A stretch of DNA of 64,000 nucleotides. Origin: Zancudomyces culisetae HAW-14-8 (taxonomy: Eukaryota; Fungi; Kickxellomycota). The translations under genes and the position numbers were made by a program. Location: NCBI GenBank assembly GCA_052426225.1, contig JBNJNM010000010.1, positions 434,001 to 498,000 on the forward strand. The letters run 5' to 3'. Below, piece by piece: positions 48,801 to 59,520 of the stretch. The stretch's first letter is position 1; each line of letters opens with the position of its first letter. Below the pieces are notes generated by a model. The model saw only the letters and a program-made list of their open reading frames with translations, searched no databases and was not told the DNA's origin.

Positions 48801-49763
48801 CTGGTCTCCCTTATCCTTACTTCTATTAACGTACTTTTCACTGCTCCCTCTTTCCCTGATAACTAGCCCATTCTCATTAGTGGGAAACTCCTGTCTCCGC
48901 CCCTTGGTGAGATATGCTTCCATATTGCCTCCTATTGAATTTCTGTGTGCTTTTTTTGTACTGATGTTGTTCTGAATGCCAGTACCCATCCCCTGATACT
49001 CTCTACACATCCCCCGTTGGTACTGCATATTTTCGTTAAAATTGCCGTTCAGTTGAACCATATCACTTTTTATAGTGCTTACTCTTCTGTTGCTATTACC
49101 ACTGCTAGTACTACTATTACTACTATTATTACTGATATTTCCAATGTTAACTAGTGTACTACTGTCGCTTCTTATTCGATTTTCACAGTATTTTTTATAT
49201 TCGCTATAATTATTATTGCTAAAAGTATTTTTCAAATGTACCATGCCCGGTAGTCCTAGAGTATATTTCGTTCCATAAGGTGTTCCTTCAAACCATTTAT
49301 ATTTTTCGTTTTCTAGTCCACCCTCAGTCATTTCAGTCGTTCTCATTCGTATTCGCGACTTCTCCTGACTAACAATATCATGAAATATTCTTTTGACTTG
49401 TTCCTTTTCGTCCTCGCTCTCTATTCTGTGTTCCTTTTCCGAATCCTTATTTCTTACTAGTGACTCGTTATTTTTAATTGTCTTTTTACTTTTCAAAAGT
49501 CTTTGGTTTTCAATCGATTGCACCACCTCCCTTTGTTTTTCTTTTTCTTTTTCTTCCTTCTCTTCTTCCTCTTGGTATGGTGAATATTCTTTAGGCTCAC
49601 CTCCTGTTTTTAGATTTTTCACTTTCTTGTAACTTTTTTTAAGTTTTTGTTCTCGTCGAGAAGTATCAACATTCAAAAACTTAGAAGTATTGGAAAGTAT
49701 ACTACCAGGGTTATTAAACCCCAGGTTTCTGCTATTGTATTCGTGCGCTGGATATGTATTCAT
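45897..49763 (-). CDS. BUD6: Bud6/Aip3 actin- and formin-interacting polarity protein
   Basis: AIP3 domain: LFLVYNNRVKK...LF.DKY...GIYYELEDYSELRENSIV, coiled coils, ..QKDVVKRG, WKNIWESELKNVVAEQ.F and EIKSV.IDSESRMDAI. Confidence 0.88.
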   Translation of the reverse strand: MNTYPAHEYNSRNLGFNNPGSILSNTSKFLNVDTSRREQKLKKSYKKVKNLKTGGEPKEYSPYQEEEEKEEKEKEKQREVVQSIENQRLLKSKKTIKNNESLVRNKDSEKEHRIESEDEKEQVKRIFHDIVSQEKSRIRMRTTEMTEGGLENEKYKWFEGTPYGTKYTLGLPGMVHLKNTFSNNNYSEYKKYCENRIRSDSSTLVNIGNISNNSSNSSTSSGNSNRRVSTIKSDMVQLNGNFNENMQYQRGMCREYQGMGTGIQNNISTKKAHRNSIGGNMEAYLTKGRRQEFPTNENGLVIRERGSSEKYVNRSKDKGDQETQKALYRSGSTPESGTFTITPTGSADSYDYGSNVISGIKDYRGILFGNNIVQKSPSGGSVNECDTEGSLVDLPNSLGEVLIVKAIDIPSQLNRNKVENQRRSRLSSEKVIDEGTEEEKSVLRNEEKEKNEKVTELSEKIEEVEERRSEETAFTFDEDKQQSDIYSENQEKEKKEEEEQMGGTEFMITDKKMTPFSCTFKGLEIYEDLKNVQEKEQLVQEQEKEEKEKEKEKEEKEEKEKDVLSNEEEIPMAKEKVDNTDNVNIFELDGFSLTQSSVTKNEHEGNEMHKAECVKKEAVPEEECGLLKARLVVGTPKLKPLRRRSQLHNVEKKADVKIGYEQVVAEEEGEGEGEEGEGEKEREKEESSEESKSGSDEKMNRRDEVDISSANSMTNSRESITRISSESVKGLSRGISVMSLADTENPKVKANVVLAAQKKRKDRKSISLEASGNSTVINNLFLVYNNRVKKATFIGYPSRIGIANLFRDKYINELKNISITNESVPTFLLKSESAGIYYELEDYSELRENSIVKWPIKESVAISKEQRGSHVVELEKTFDQISDQLSNLNSSLTNSVACLLDEKLSSIITIDDLKREINAENAIKRIQPEINTQRLLNEKLEAVQSQLEDRENTIAELRKKMTEVESSKENEIVRLRKQLETSNKLVAEKQAQVDKLQASISAQKLENTQQIQSNPRAEIEAEMITLKNEYNELCKKMEDTEALLCEMQKDVVKRGSIPTPQMIKTIKSYISFTKTHSEFLSQKTAQSNKEWKNIWESELKNVVAEQTFVSKVERGLKELVQDSQSFEQIVFNLESVINLRNERQKSGKSLSKSEEILLKIGFNSDCVVTGLGHDHDDIVHDIKRHLLDEIKSVAIDSESRMDAIINAQKVRQIELDSRPPNILEQQLSEYLCEKPNGSISSAVHQLETSLTEKNNHVLREMMESTKISMNSANPTNKNTRSRRPKKTI

Positions 49764-51919
49764 TATTGTCTCATATTTATTAGTTGGCGTGCTTATCTCT
49801 TGTGTTGTATATACGCTTTTGTTTGGATACAGCTATATTAGAAACAAACAACCTCTTTTATTCACCCCTATTGTTTTTTTTTTCGTCTACTAGTTTGGTC
49901 TAGTTTAGTTTAGCTTAGTTCAATTTTGTTATCGCTTTTTACACCCCAATGTATGTCTTGGAAAATCAAAATAGAATGGTGAAAATAAACCTCTTTGTTT
50001 TTTTTTCTCCTTTAACCATTCCTTTGCTCTTTCCACCATACCAACCCATTAACAACTGTCTCTTATTTGCTCTTTCCGCTTTATGAAATAATTTATTGCT
50101 GATGATTTTTCTTTTTGAACATCCCTTTTTCCTTTTTTTTTCTTTATTTTATTTTTTTGTAATCTGTGATTTGTTTTTTTGGATATTATTTTTTTATTTA
50201 GCTCTTTTTTAATTTGGTAATTCCATTTATTTAATTGGATTTAACACCTGTTTTACTTTTGATTTGCTTTGCTCTTGTTTCTTAGCGATCTTTTATTGTT
50301 CATTTTCGTCGTTTTTTTTCGCTTTATCCACAAATGCGCCCTAATAATTTTGTCATTCGTTTTATAAAGTCTAGATTTTGGTGGATACACCAGAAAAAAA
50401 TCTTTGCACATTACTGGATTACAATAAATTATATCTCATGTCGCAATATACTTTATCAAATATTAATCAACTCTCGCCCATTCTGCCGCTTCCAAGTACC
50501 ACAAGGTTTTAAAAAAATTTCACAGCCATTTGTTTGGCCCAATTTAAATATTGTTTTAGATTAATTTACAGCACATTGCATTTTAATTTACTGCAGTTTT
50601 CATCTTTGAGAATAGCTTTTTATTGTGTGGAGAAAAGAATACTATGTTATGTGGGTGTTTGTATGTGTGTAGCCGGAATATGATTTACAAAAAAAAAATC
50701 CGATTATCAAAAAATGCTACTCTCTATGCAATAAGAAATTCGGTGCGTCTTGAACATGAACATTGACACTGGTGGCCTTCTATATCATCAATACTGCCAT
50801 CATTACCGACTCTAGAAGTTGAGAATGATATACGAGTTTGGTATCAAATCACTTTGGTTGTATTTTTAGCTTTTTTTTTTATGTTGATAGCGCCAAAATT
50901 AAACCTTTGAGTGTGAATTATATTAGGTAATCGGGCTTTTTGATATTCTTCTACAAACCCGTATTAGTAATGTCTAATTGCCATACCCAAAAGCAAGGTG
51001 AGAATAAACTCTTTTGCTTTGTGTATGGTATGCGCTAGAAATAGAAAATACCAAGTTCTGATGTGCACAGATATTCAGCCATGTTAGTTAATCTTTCTTG
51101 GGTTTTGAATTAATATTACCTTGTTGGGTATAGTCAAGAACTTCTATTTATAGACTACTGCAAAAGCAAAGTATATATTTAGCACATTTAAGCTAAAAAT
51201 ACCGGTATACCTAGTGTTAACGCTTTTCAGTTAGTTATTTTTATATTTGGGATAAAAAAAGACTCGAAATAATTAGGGCTATCCGCTTTATAATCAAAAG
51301 AGCAAGTGGTATAAAAACTAAGAACTCGTGGATCCCGTCGTTTGAATACTCGAGGTATCGAAATGAATTACTAATTAAAACAAAATCCGAGTATTTTGTC
51401 CTCAAGCATTTCATACCTTTAAAATAATAGCAGCATTTCGGTCCCTGGGAAGGCATTGTACCACACACCGGCTATTGTTATAAACTTTTTTAAGGCTTAA
51501 AGTTGTTTCAAGTTAATTAATTTTAGTACCCACATCTATGGGTTAATAGCTGCACCACATGGCGGTTTACATAAAAGTTGTAAATACTAGATAATGAAAG
51601 ATAGAAGAAAATCTACTGCTGAATTAATAGATCATTTTACAATGTAAAAGCTATGCTCATTTTTTATCTGCTCCTGATTTTATCAACTACTAATATTCTC
51701 GTGAGATGTTGTTCAAAAAAATGAACCCAATAAACATTCAAAAATTGCATTACAAGCTCTTCAGTGATAAAATATCAAAAAAAAAGTTTTTGCTGCTTGA
51801 TTGATAGGACATCACAGTATACCAAACGGAAGCTAAAAAATACGTGTAAATTCTACTCCTAGAAATCAAATAAAAAGATCAAAAGATTTCGAGAGAAAAA
51901 AGCAACGGATCATCGAAAA

Positions 51920-52512
51920 ATGTTTGGTAAGTGAAATGATATACATCATAGCTATGCTGCTAACTCAACATTTAATATCGAAAGCGATTGACAACAAAAA
52001 TTGCGAAATCAACACCGACTCACAATCGAGAATATCATTTTGATATGCAAATTGTTTTGAATCTTTGTATCCGCCAACCGATTTTATATTAACAAATGAA
52101 TCAAACGCGAACATATTGATAAAATAGGCCTTTTGAAAACTTTGATCCCAAGAGTCAATCAAAATATTGTCACTTCGAATAGTGGCAGCAGCAATGCTCT
52201 CAAACTAGTTAATGTCCAAATCAGAGAAAAATCAAAATTAAAAACACACAAGGGTGCTAGTAAAAGGTATTTCTTGCCCCTTTAAAACATATTTTCCAAG
52301 TAATAATAATAATAATAATAAAGATTAACATGATGGGAATATGTCATAATAGGTGGAGAGCAGTTGCAAATGGGCTTTACAAACGGGGACATTGTGGTAA
52401 AAGACATTTAAACTCACCAATGCCACCTTCAAAACGGAGAGGGCTAAGCGGGACCGTGCTTTCAGATCATGTACAAACCAAAGTATTAGATCGCTTGATG
52501 CCATACAAATAA
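51920..52512 (+). CDS. MRPL35: Mitochondrial ribosomal protein bL35m (101 aa)
   Basis: Exons 51920-51926, 52128-52266 and 52353-52512 splice in frame: a basic, Ser-rich presequence, then KLKTHKGASKRWRAVANGLYKRGHCGKRHLN...RLMPYK, the L35 signature. Confidence 0.9.
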
Positions 52513-52791
52513 TCTCTCAAAACTTTTTTTCATTCCGTTTTTCTTTAATCACCATTTACTTAATGCTCCCCTTTTTTTTAAGGCAGTTGTATTATGGTTT
52601 GCTCAAGCTGGATAGATAAATAAACACATTTATTAATAATACCTAATCGTATAAACATTTGGATTTAATACTGTATGAAAAAAAAAGGTACAGAGTGAAA
52701 ATAATAACATTGTAAACGAGAAAAGGGTAAAAAAAAAACAACGGTAACAATAACAATAACAGCATAAGGTAAAAAAAGGAAAAGCATGCTC

Positions 52792-54366
52792 TTAACTAGA
52801 AGTGGAAACTACTATTGCTGAGTGCTGGCCACCAGCAGAAATCTTAAGAATTTCAAGGCCGTCGATCTTTTGGCCCTCAACCAAGGTGGGTGTAGATACA
52901 TCCTCCTCCTCACCATTTCCACACTGCAGCATCTCACCATATCCCCATGAATACAGTTTTTTGTCCTCGGTAATTGCCAAGTTGTGGTTTGATCCACATG
53001 AAAAATCAATGACCTTGGGAATATTTGGAATCTTTGTAGGTAGTTTAACTGACTTTTTGTGAACACTTAATTCCTCACCATCCTTGTTTTCAGAAGAGTC
53101 TTCGTTTGATTGTGCATTTTGTTCTGAGGGTGGAAGGCCGGTCTGTGACGAATCAGATCGTCCAAACGCAAATAGCTCGCCTTGATCGTTCATTACCAAC
53201 GAATGGTGCTCACCCCCTGCCATTTTGACAAGCTTTTGCCCCTTCAATGAAGCAACCTCTGTGGGCTCAACAATCACCTCGTTATTTCCTCCATCTGCTG
53301 TGCGTAAACCACACTGATTAAAGTTGTTGAGACCCCAGGAATACAACACACCATCACTGCTGTATGCAAAGCTGTGATATGCACCCGTTCCTATTTTCAC
53401 TATGTCTTTCAACTTGAGGCGCTCAGGTACCAGACCAGCTTTCTTTCTGCGCTCTAACACTCGTCTTCCTAGCTGGAATTGTTGCCCATTGCCCCAGCAG
53501 TACACCTCACCATATGCAGATAATGCCACTACGTGATCTACTCCTGCTGAAATATCCACTATTTTCTCGTTGGTTAGTTCTGGAATTTGCAACGGAACTG
53601 ACTGTATTTTGGTATTCTCTGAATATCCCATGATCCCTTCTGCACTCCTAAATGTACCCCATGCGTACACTTTCCCATCAACTGTCAGTCCGACTGTTAC
53701 TGAATCTCCACATGCTACTTTTACAAACTCCACATCCTCAACCCCCTCAACTTTGCCTGGCAAATACTCCTCACCTCCTCTTCCTAGCGCTCGTTGATCA
53801 TTACATCCCCAAGACCATAACTTTCCTTCGTTTGTAATGGCTATTGTGTGAAGACCTCCCGACGCAATGTCTACTATAACCTCTTTTCCAAATCCGTCTT
53901 CATCGCCCTTACCCACCATAAACGGTTTTTTACGTTCAATCATATCCGTGCCAAGTCCGAGCTGTCCACAGTCTCCATTCCCAAACACAAAAGCCTTCCC
54001 ACTAGCTTTCGATCTCTCAAATACCTCACGCTCTTCTCCTTTATGTACTCGTTTTGGAATCCAGTGTATTGCTTTACCAGCCCCTTCAATAGACTTGCGT
54101 TTAGTACCTTTAGCACTTTTATTCGCTTTTACGTTCCCTTTCTTTTTGGTTTCTGTCTTTACTTTTGCCTCTTTTTTAGCCTGTGTCTCTTTGGCTGCAC
54201 TTTTCGATACCTTTGAAACCGCTAAAGCATCTGCCTCAACCTTTTGTCTCTTGTTTGATATACCCTGTGGCTCTTTTGCGCTTTTCTCTGGCGCGTCAGT
54301 CGAAAGGTGGCTATTTGTACGCTTCATGTTCTTTGCCGCGGCTCTTGTTTTCTTTGAGACTACCAT
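52792..54366 (-). CDS. RCC1: RCC1 / Ran guanine-nucleotide exchange factor (Srm1/Prp20/Pim1)
   Basis: Basic N-terminal tail plus RCC1 repeats: FGNGDCGQLGLG, WGCNDQRALGR, VYAWGTFR, WGNGQQFQLGRR, WGLNNFNQCG and SAGGQHS. Confidence 0.95.
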   Translation of the reverse strand: MVVSKKTRAAAKNMKRTNSHLSTDAPEKSAKEPQGISNKRQKVEADALAVSKVSKSAAKETQAKKEAKVKTETKKKGNVKANKSAKGTKRKSIEGAGKAIHWIPKRVHKGEEREVFERSKASGKAFVFGNGDCGQLGLGTDMIERKKPFMVGKGDEDGFGKEVIVDIASGGLHTIAITNEGKLWSWGCNDQRALGRGGEEYLPGKVEGVEDVEFVKVACGDSVTVGLTVDGKVYAWGTFRSAEGIMGYSENTKIQSVPLQIPELTNEKIVDISAGVDHVVALSAYGEVYCWGNGQQFQLGRRVLERRKKAGLVPERLKLKDIVKIGTGAYHSFAYSSDGVLYSWGLNNFNQCGLRTADGGNNEVIVEPTEVASLKGQKLVKMAGGEHHSLVMNDQGELFAFGRSDSSQTGLPPSEQNAQSNEDSSENKDGEELSVHKKSVKLPTKIPNIPKVIDFSCGSNHNLAITEDKKLYSWGYGEMLQCGNGEEEDVSTPTLVEGQKIDGLEILKISAGGQHSAIVVSTSS

Positions 54367-55751
54367 TGTTTATTTCTATCGTTATCAGTTCTAATATTTG
54401 TTCCGTTATAAGTATGTGGTTTCCCGTTTATTTATGGCGTTAGTTTAATGTGGTTTTTATCTTTGTTTTTGGCTTTATATTCGTTTTCCTCTTTTCGACT
54501 AACGTGAATATAAACAATCAGCTTATTAAGAATTTGATAATAAATATATAATGTTTTAGTACTCCACAAAATGTGATGAAAAAATAGTTAAAAATTTTTT
54601 TAAAAAAAAAATGGTGCAGGAACGCTAATTTACCGATGAAATTGATTGCAAAAGTAACGTCATTTCGCGGTTTCTGGGTTTATAATTTTTATTTTTTCTT
54701 TGGGCTGGATTGGATTTTTGGTGAATGCAAAAGTAAGAGTACAGAAATTAAAGCCCTGGCACAGGCTGAAAGTCATAAAAGCATTCACCAGAACTTGAAT
54801 AAAAGTGTATATATTATCATTACCACCTGCATATATCACCTACCCAACTCGTAGAACAGACAGTGATGGATGGAATTACTAGAATAGCACTAATTATTGG
54901 TCCGTTCATTTGATGTAAAAAATAGTGTTGTTTTATTCTCTGCAAGTGTTTTTATTGCTTCAAGGGTTTTTTTTTAAAAATCTGGCTATGATACTCCAAG
55001 CTTCAGTTGGCTGCAGGTGAGATTAAATCATTTTAAACCAAGTCTAGTGCAAAAGACGTGATAAATTCTGGTACAACGGCAAATGCGTATATTTTCAATG
55101 CATTCCCATGGATGGCACGTACCCAACGGTTTACAAAACAAAAATGCACAAAAAATTGGATGATCTTATTCAAAGCAGCATCAGTCCTGCAGGTATCACA
55201 ACCGTATATACATTCAGACACGTTATAGCCTTGTTTGTCCCTCTTCCAAAACTTAACCGTTGCGAAAGATCAGGCCGCTACATTGAAAGCATTCAAAATT
55301 TTCTTGTCATTACCAAGCAATAACCAGCCTCTTTACAATTAACTACAGTGTTGTATTGCAGCAAAAAGTATACAAATCTATTTTTTCCTTTTTACGCTTC
55401 AAAGCACAACATATATGTGTTATCCAATTTATACCATATTTTATGATACTTTTAGGAGTTGATTTGGTGTAGTCAGCTGTATTAAAAATATACATATTAA
55501 ACACAAAGCACTAAACCCAAGAAGGCTTGCTGGTGAATAAATATGTGGTAATGTAATAACACATCTTGCCATTATATCATGTACTATTTTTTTCAGGGTT
55601 GGCCCAGTTGATCCTCTTACAACTTTTTATTTAATATAACAAAAATAAAAAATAAAATTAACAACACAAATAAAGTGATGTAGAAATGATAAAAGACCAA
55701 AAGGCTCAGATGACTACCACAGCAGCATCCTAAACTGTGCTATCAACTCGT

Positions 55752-56201
55752 CTATTCTTCTTTGGCCGATACTTCTTTGGCCTTTTCTGAAAGGAATTTG
55801 TCGCTGGTGCTGTTTATTAGTTTCCAGCCCTTCAACCTGTTTTGAATGCGTTTTTGATACAATTTGGTCTCCCAGAATCCAAATTCTTCCAAGTTTGGTA
55901 GTGGTGGATATTCGAAATCCTTATCTAGCGTTACAACAGCCTTCTTCACACGCTTTGTCAGCGTCTTTTGACCTGTCTTTTTGTCAATAATAGTTCGTCC
56001 CGGTAAAACCAATGTTCTTACGTCTGTCACTTTGACATTATACAAATGTGTTAGGTAATCTCTAATATCGAATTTGTTTACGTTCAATGGCACTTTAAAT
56101 GCAGCTTGATTAGGTGCCAATTTATTGTCCCTGATTATTGTAAAAATCAAATTTGGAAAATGCACTTTTTTGGTTCCGAAGAGTTGCTTGATTGCGGACA
56201 T
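55752..56201 (-). CDS. MRP20: Mitochondrial ribosomal protein uL23m
   Basis: FG.KKVHFPN, AAFKVPLNVNKFDIRDYLTHLYNVKV..VRT and KKAVVTL...F.YP. Confidence 0.9.
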   Translation of the reverse strand: MSAIKQLFGTKKVHFPNLIFTIIRDNKLAPNQAAFKVPLNVNKFDIRDYLTHLYNVKVTDVRTLVLPGRTIIDKKTGQKTLTKRVKKAVVTLDKDFEYPPLPNLEEFGFWETKLYQKRIQNRLKGWKLINSTSDKFLSEKAKEVSAKEE

Positions 56202-57044
56202 TCTTGTTTATCTATTTATCTATTCTTTTCTTTTTTTTACAGCCTTGTTTTCACTCTGAATCTGTTCTAAAATCGTCTATACCTACGCCTTTTCCCCTTT
56301 TGATTATTACTTTTTTTCGTTTTTATCGGTTATTCAACACTTGTTTGATATTATTCAAAAATTACTCGGGGTTCGTTCAAAGATTCAAATCGAATACAAA
56401 AAAAGACGTATATTATCAACACTGGTTTATTTATGCTTTTTTTATGAAAAACGTAGTTAGTATATCTTTGATTAAATGTATTTATTTTAGGTTTTCCCCT
56501 CATTTGCCTCCTACCCACTCGCCTAATCTATTCTGAGTGCATGAATGTTTCCCACATCTGATTTTTCCGCAATCAGTTGATAAAACATGCATAGAAAAAA
56601 ATTTTTTTTTTTTGGTTGATTGCAATTTTCGATTCTAAGCAGAAATTTCCTCGTTTATCATTTGCTGATTTGGAGTTTGTCATTCATGGTTTAGCTTGGG
56701 TAAATTTTGAGTAAACATTAACAGTGCTAATACTTCCTTGATGTTTTGTGAAGTGGTAAATCAATATGGTTATGCAAATGTCACCGCAGCTACTGCTAAA
56801 TAGTCAACTCCCAAAGTAGGCCAGGAGCACGTTTGCTACATCTGGATTATCACAAACTAGCTCTTTTTATAAACATTTATTGTTCAAAAATCGAAAATAA
56901 AGACCAACAAATCTAATAATAATCATGGATTAATGCCACATGAATGGATGGGGGTTATAAAAACAAATAAAAGAACCAAACGCCAAAAATAAAAATAAAA
57001 ACATCAACAAGTGTTGTTGCATCAAAAAATTCTTAAAAGACAAA

Positions 57045-58524
57045 CTACTTGACCTCAACCTCATACTTTTTGCCGCGGAAGCTGTAGATACCATGGTTAG
57101 CCATAGCCCACATTCTAAGGTCATAAATACTAAAGTCAGTCTTCATGCTCAAGAATGGATTTTTTCGAGGAGCTACCAGCCAGTCCATCTTGTCAGAGAA
57201 CATGTTATTCAGCGTTTCAACATCCTTATTCATATCTTCACTGTTAAACCCGGTACCAAAGATCGCGCATTTAGTCTCCAGTAACTTTTCGATTGTTGGG
57301 GCCCAAGATTCAGTTCCAGCAGGGTGTGCTACTCCAGGACTAAACATAAAGAAGACGTCGGTATATGGGTCGAACGGTGCAAAACTCCACACCAGATCAT
57401 GGAAATACCCCTTGTAAAACTTCATGGACAACATGGGCGAAACGGAAATTGAGTTTCTCGTTTCATCTGAAGACGGAATGCACTCTGGGCCAACAAAGTA
57501 TAGTATAACTGGGCTGTGTGGAAGAAGGTAGTGTAGCTGAAGATACACATATGGTGGCAGCATCGCCTCACTTCGGGCGCCCAAAATGAATACTCTTATT
57601 GGATTTAGTTGAGAAAACAAATCCTTGTCGAATCTCGCAGCCTCGTGCTCTCTAATTGTTGCCCTTAACGCTATTTCGAAGATTTAACGTAACATTATTA
57701 CCTATCATCAGCGTATCTGAATGATTGAACGAATGTTGCAAATAAAAGTAAAAGCGGAAAAATAAATTTAACAAAAAAAAAATACCTGATAATGATTTGG
57801 AACCCTCGGGTGTCAGTCCGGTTCTCAAAGTAAGATACGAGTATGGATGCAGAACCGATCCAATCGTGACGGGATAAGTGAGCAGCTTGCTAGCATGTCG
57901 AATTGCGCGCTCATTGTTTAGGGTCAAGAACCCTCTGGTATATAAAAACGTGTCCCAATTGCTGAAATTGATGGCCATTTCTGGCGATTGTTTAGAGGGG
58001 AACTCAAATTCTACCAGTTTTCTTCCTGATCTCAAATCGTGTTCGTCTTCATTGGCCTGTCGTAGATACCCACATACATGTTCTTTGTGGTGCGTATCTT
58101 TTTTCCAGTGCTCTTCACTGCAGTGTGTGGGATATCCACAGTCTGGACACTCAAATTTAGGTCTCTCACAACCCTCGCATCGGTATCCCAATTCTCCGTT
58201 TTTCTTTGCTTTACCCTCTTCTGCACAGATCGGACACACTCCATACTCTGAAACCATTTTCCCCTTTTCGACCATTCCCTTTATGGGAGACTTAGAAAGT
58301 GGATAAAAATATTGTCCTGGCTTCAACAGATACTCGTCATTTCTTGCCTCGTTTTCTAGCTCTTTTTTCTTGCTGGAAAATATGTTTTTAAAAGAAAAAA
58401 GGTTTCGTGTCTGGATTTCTGCTTTGCGAACGGATTTCAGGTTTCGGGTGGCTGGGGTTAGTGTCACAAGCAATCTACACCCTCTTTTGGCGATGATTCG
58501 CGTACATGGGGTTAATAGTACCAT
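57045..58524 (-). CDS. MSS51: Mss51 mitochondrial COX1 translational activator (zf-MYND-like)
   Basis: Exons 58524-57786 and 57670-57045. Motifs CPDCGYPTHCSEEHW, EHDLRSGR...EFEFP, NWDTFLYTRGF, LTYPVTIGSVLH, FILGARSEAMLP and FDPYTDVF. Confidence 0.95.
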
Positions 58525-59031
58525 TTCGATCTCGAATATTTTTTGTGGTTCGAAAGTAGAATAAAACCGCTTCTAATATTTCAAGTCGAATATAAAGAAT
58601 GCAATTAAAATTAAGTGTGCCAAACTGGGTATCTATACAAACCCACAAATTTGATTTTGGGTTGGATTTCTTTATCGCTTATTAATTCATTTTTTTTCAT
58701 TTGATTAAAACCGCTTTTAAAATCAATGCATTATAAATGAAAGGAGAAAGTTAACGAAATAACCACGCAATCTTTTAACTGTAGCAAACAAAGACTGAAC
58801 TAATACCAACTGAGCTATGTAAATGCTTGCCTTGCACAAACAAGATAAATATTATATTTACAAGTTTTATATTACTACAACCACCTCATTGAAATATCAT
58901 TTATACATATGCGTATATCTTTATTTATTACTGTTCATAACACAAAGTTTTTTTTTTCTATCTAAAAACGTACTACAAGTAGGGATATTGATAGTATTTA
59001 TACATTGGAAGGGATGATCGTATTTGTTTGT

Positions 59032-59520
59032 CTACTTGCCTTTTTTATCCGCAGAAAAAACGGTGTTTGACAAGAGATTCATTATAAATTCAGCTTTCGG
59101 TTGATTTTCCTTCAAAAACTCTGTGTATTTTGCATACATATACTTTATTTTGCCACTCAGGATAAGCGTATTACCATGTCTATAATACACAACGCAAGAT
59201 ATCGCTGCGGCCAACGCCAAAATGAACAACATGATGTCCAAAACATATTTGATAAGTTGAACCACTATCCTCCCAACCAGAACAACACCGAAAAGTATTA
59301 AAAGTTTTTTATAATACTGTGTTAATTCCACTTCGGAAACACTTTCACTTTCACTTTCACTTTTATTTACATTTTTGCTTATATTTTCACTTTGAATTTC
59401 GTTTTCTGGTTTGTAGTTTTCTTTGTACATACCAACTCCATATTCAAATGATAGTTCTTTACTTTTAATGGTTTCCAAATTAAACCCAAGGGAGGGTCTT
59501 TGGGTATCATGAATATTCAT
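59032..59520 (-). CDS. Hypothetical 162-aa protein with a probable two-helix membrane hairpin
   Basis: Uninterrupted ORF with AAAATG start context and hydrophobic segments LLILFGVVLVGRIVVQLI and IMLFILALAAAISCVVYY. No family recognised. Confidence 0.6.
   Translation of the reverse strand: MNIHDTQRPSLGFNLETIKSKELSFEYGVGMYKENYKPENEIQSENISKNVNKSESESESVSEVELTQYYKKLLILFGVVLVGRIVVQLIKYVLDIMLFILALAAAISCVVYYRHGNTLILSGKIKYMYAKYTEFLKENQPKAEFIMNLLSNTVFSADKKGK

Noticed and set aside
55048-55323. Short + strand ORF or possible exon between RCC1 and uL23m
   Set aside because: No recognisable family, weak splice support, and a length expected by chance.
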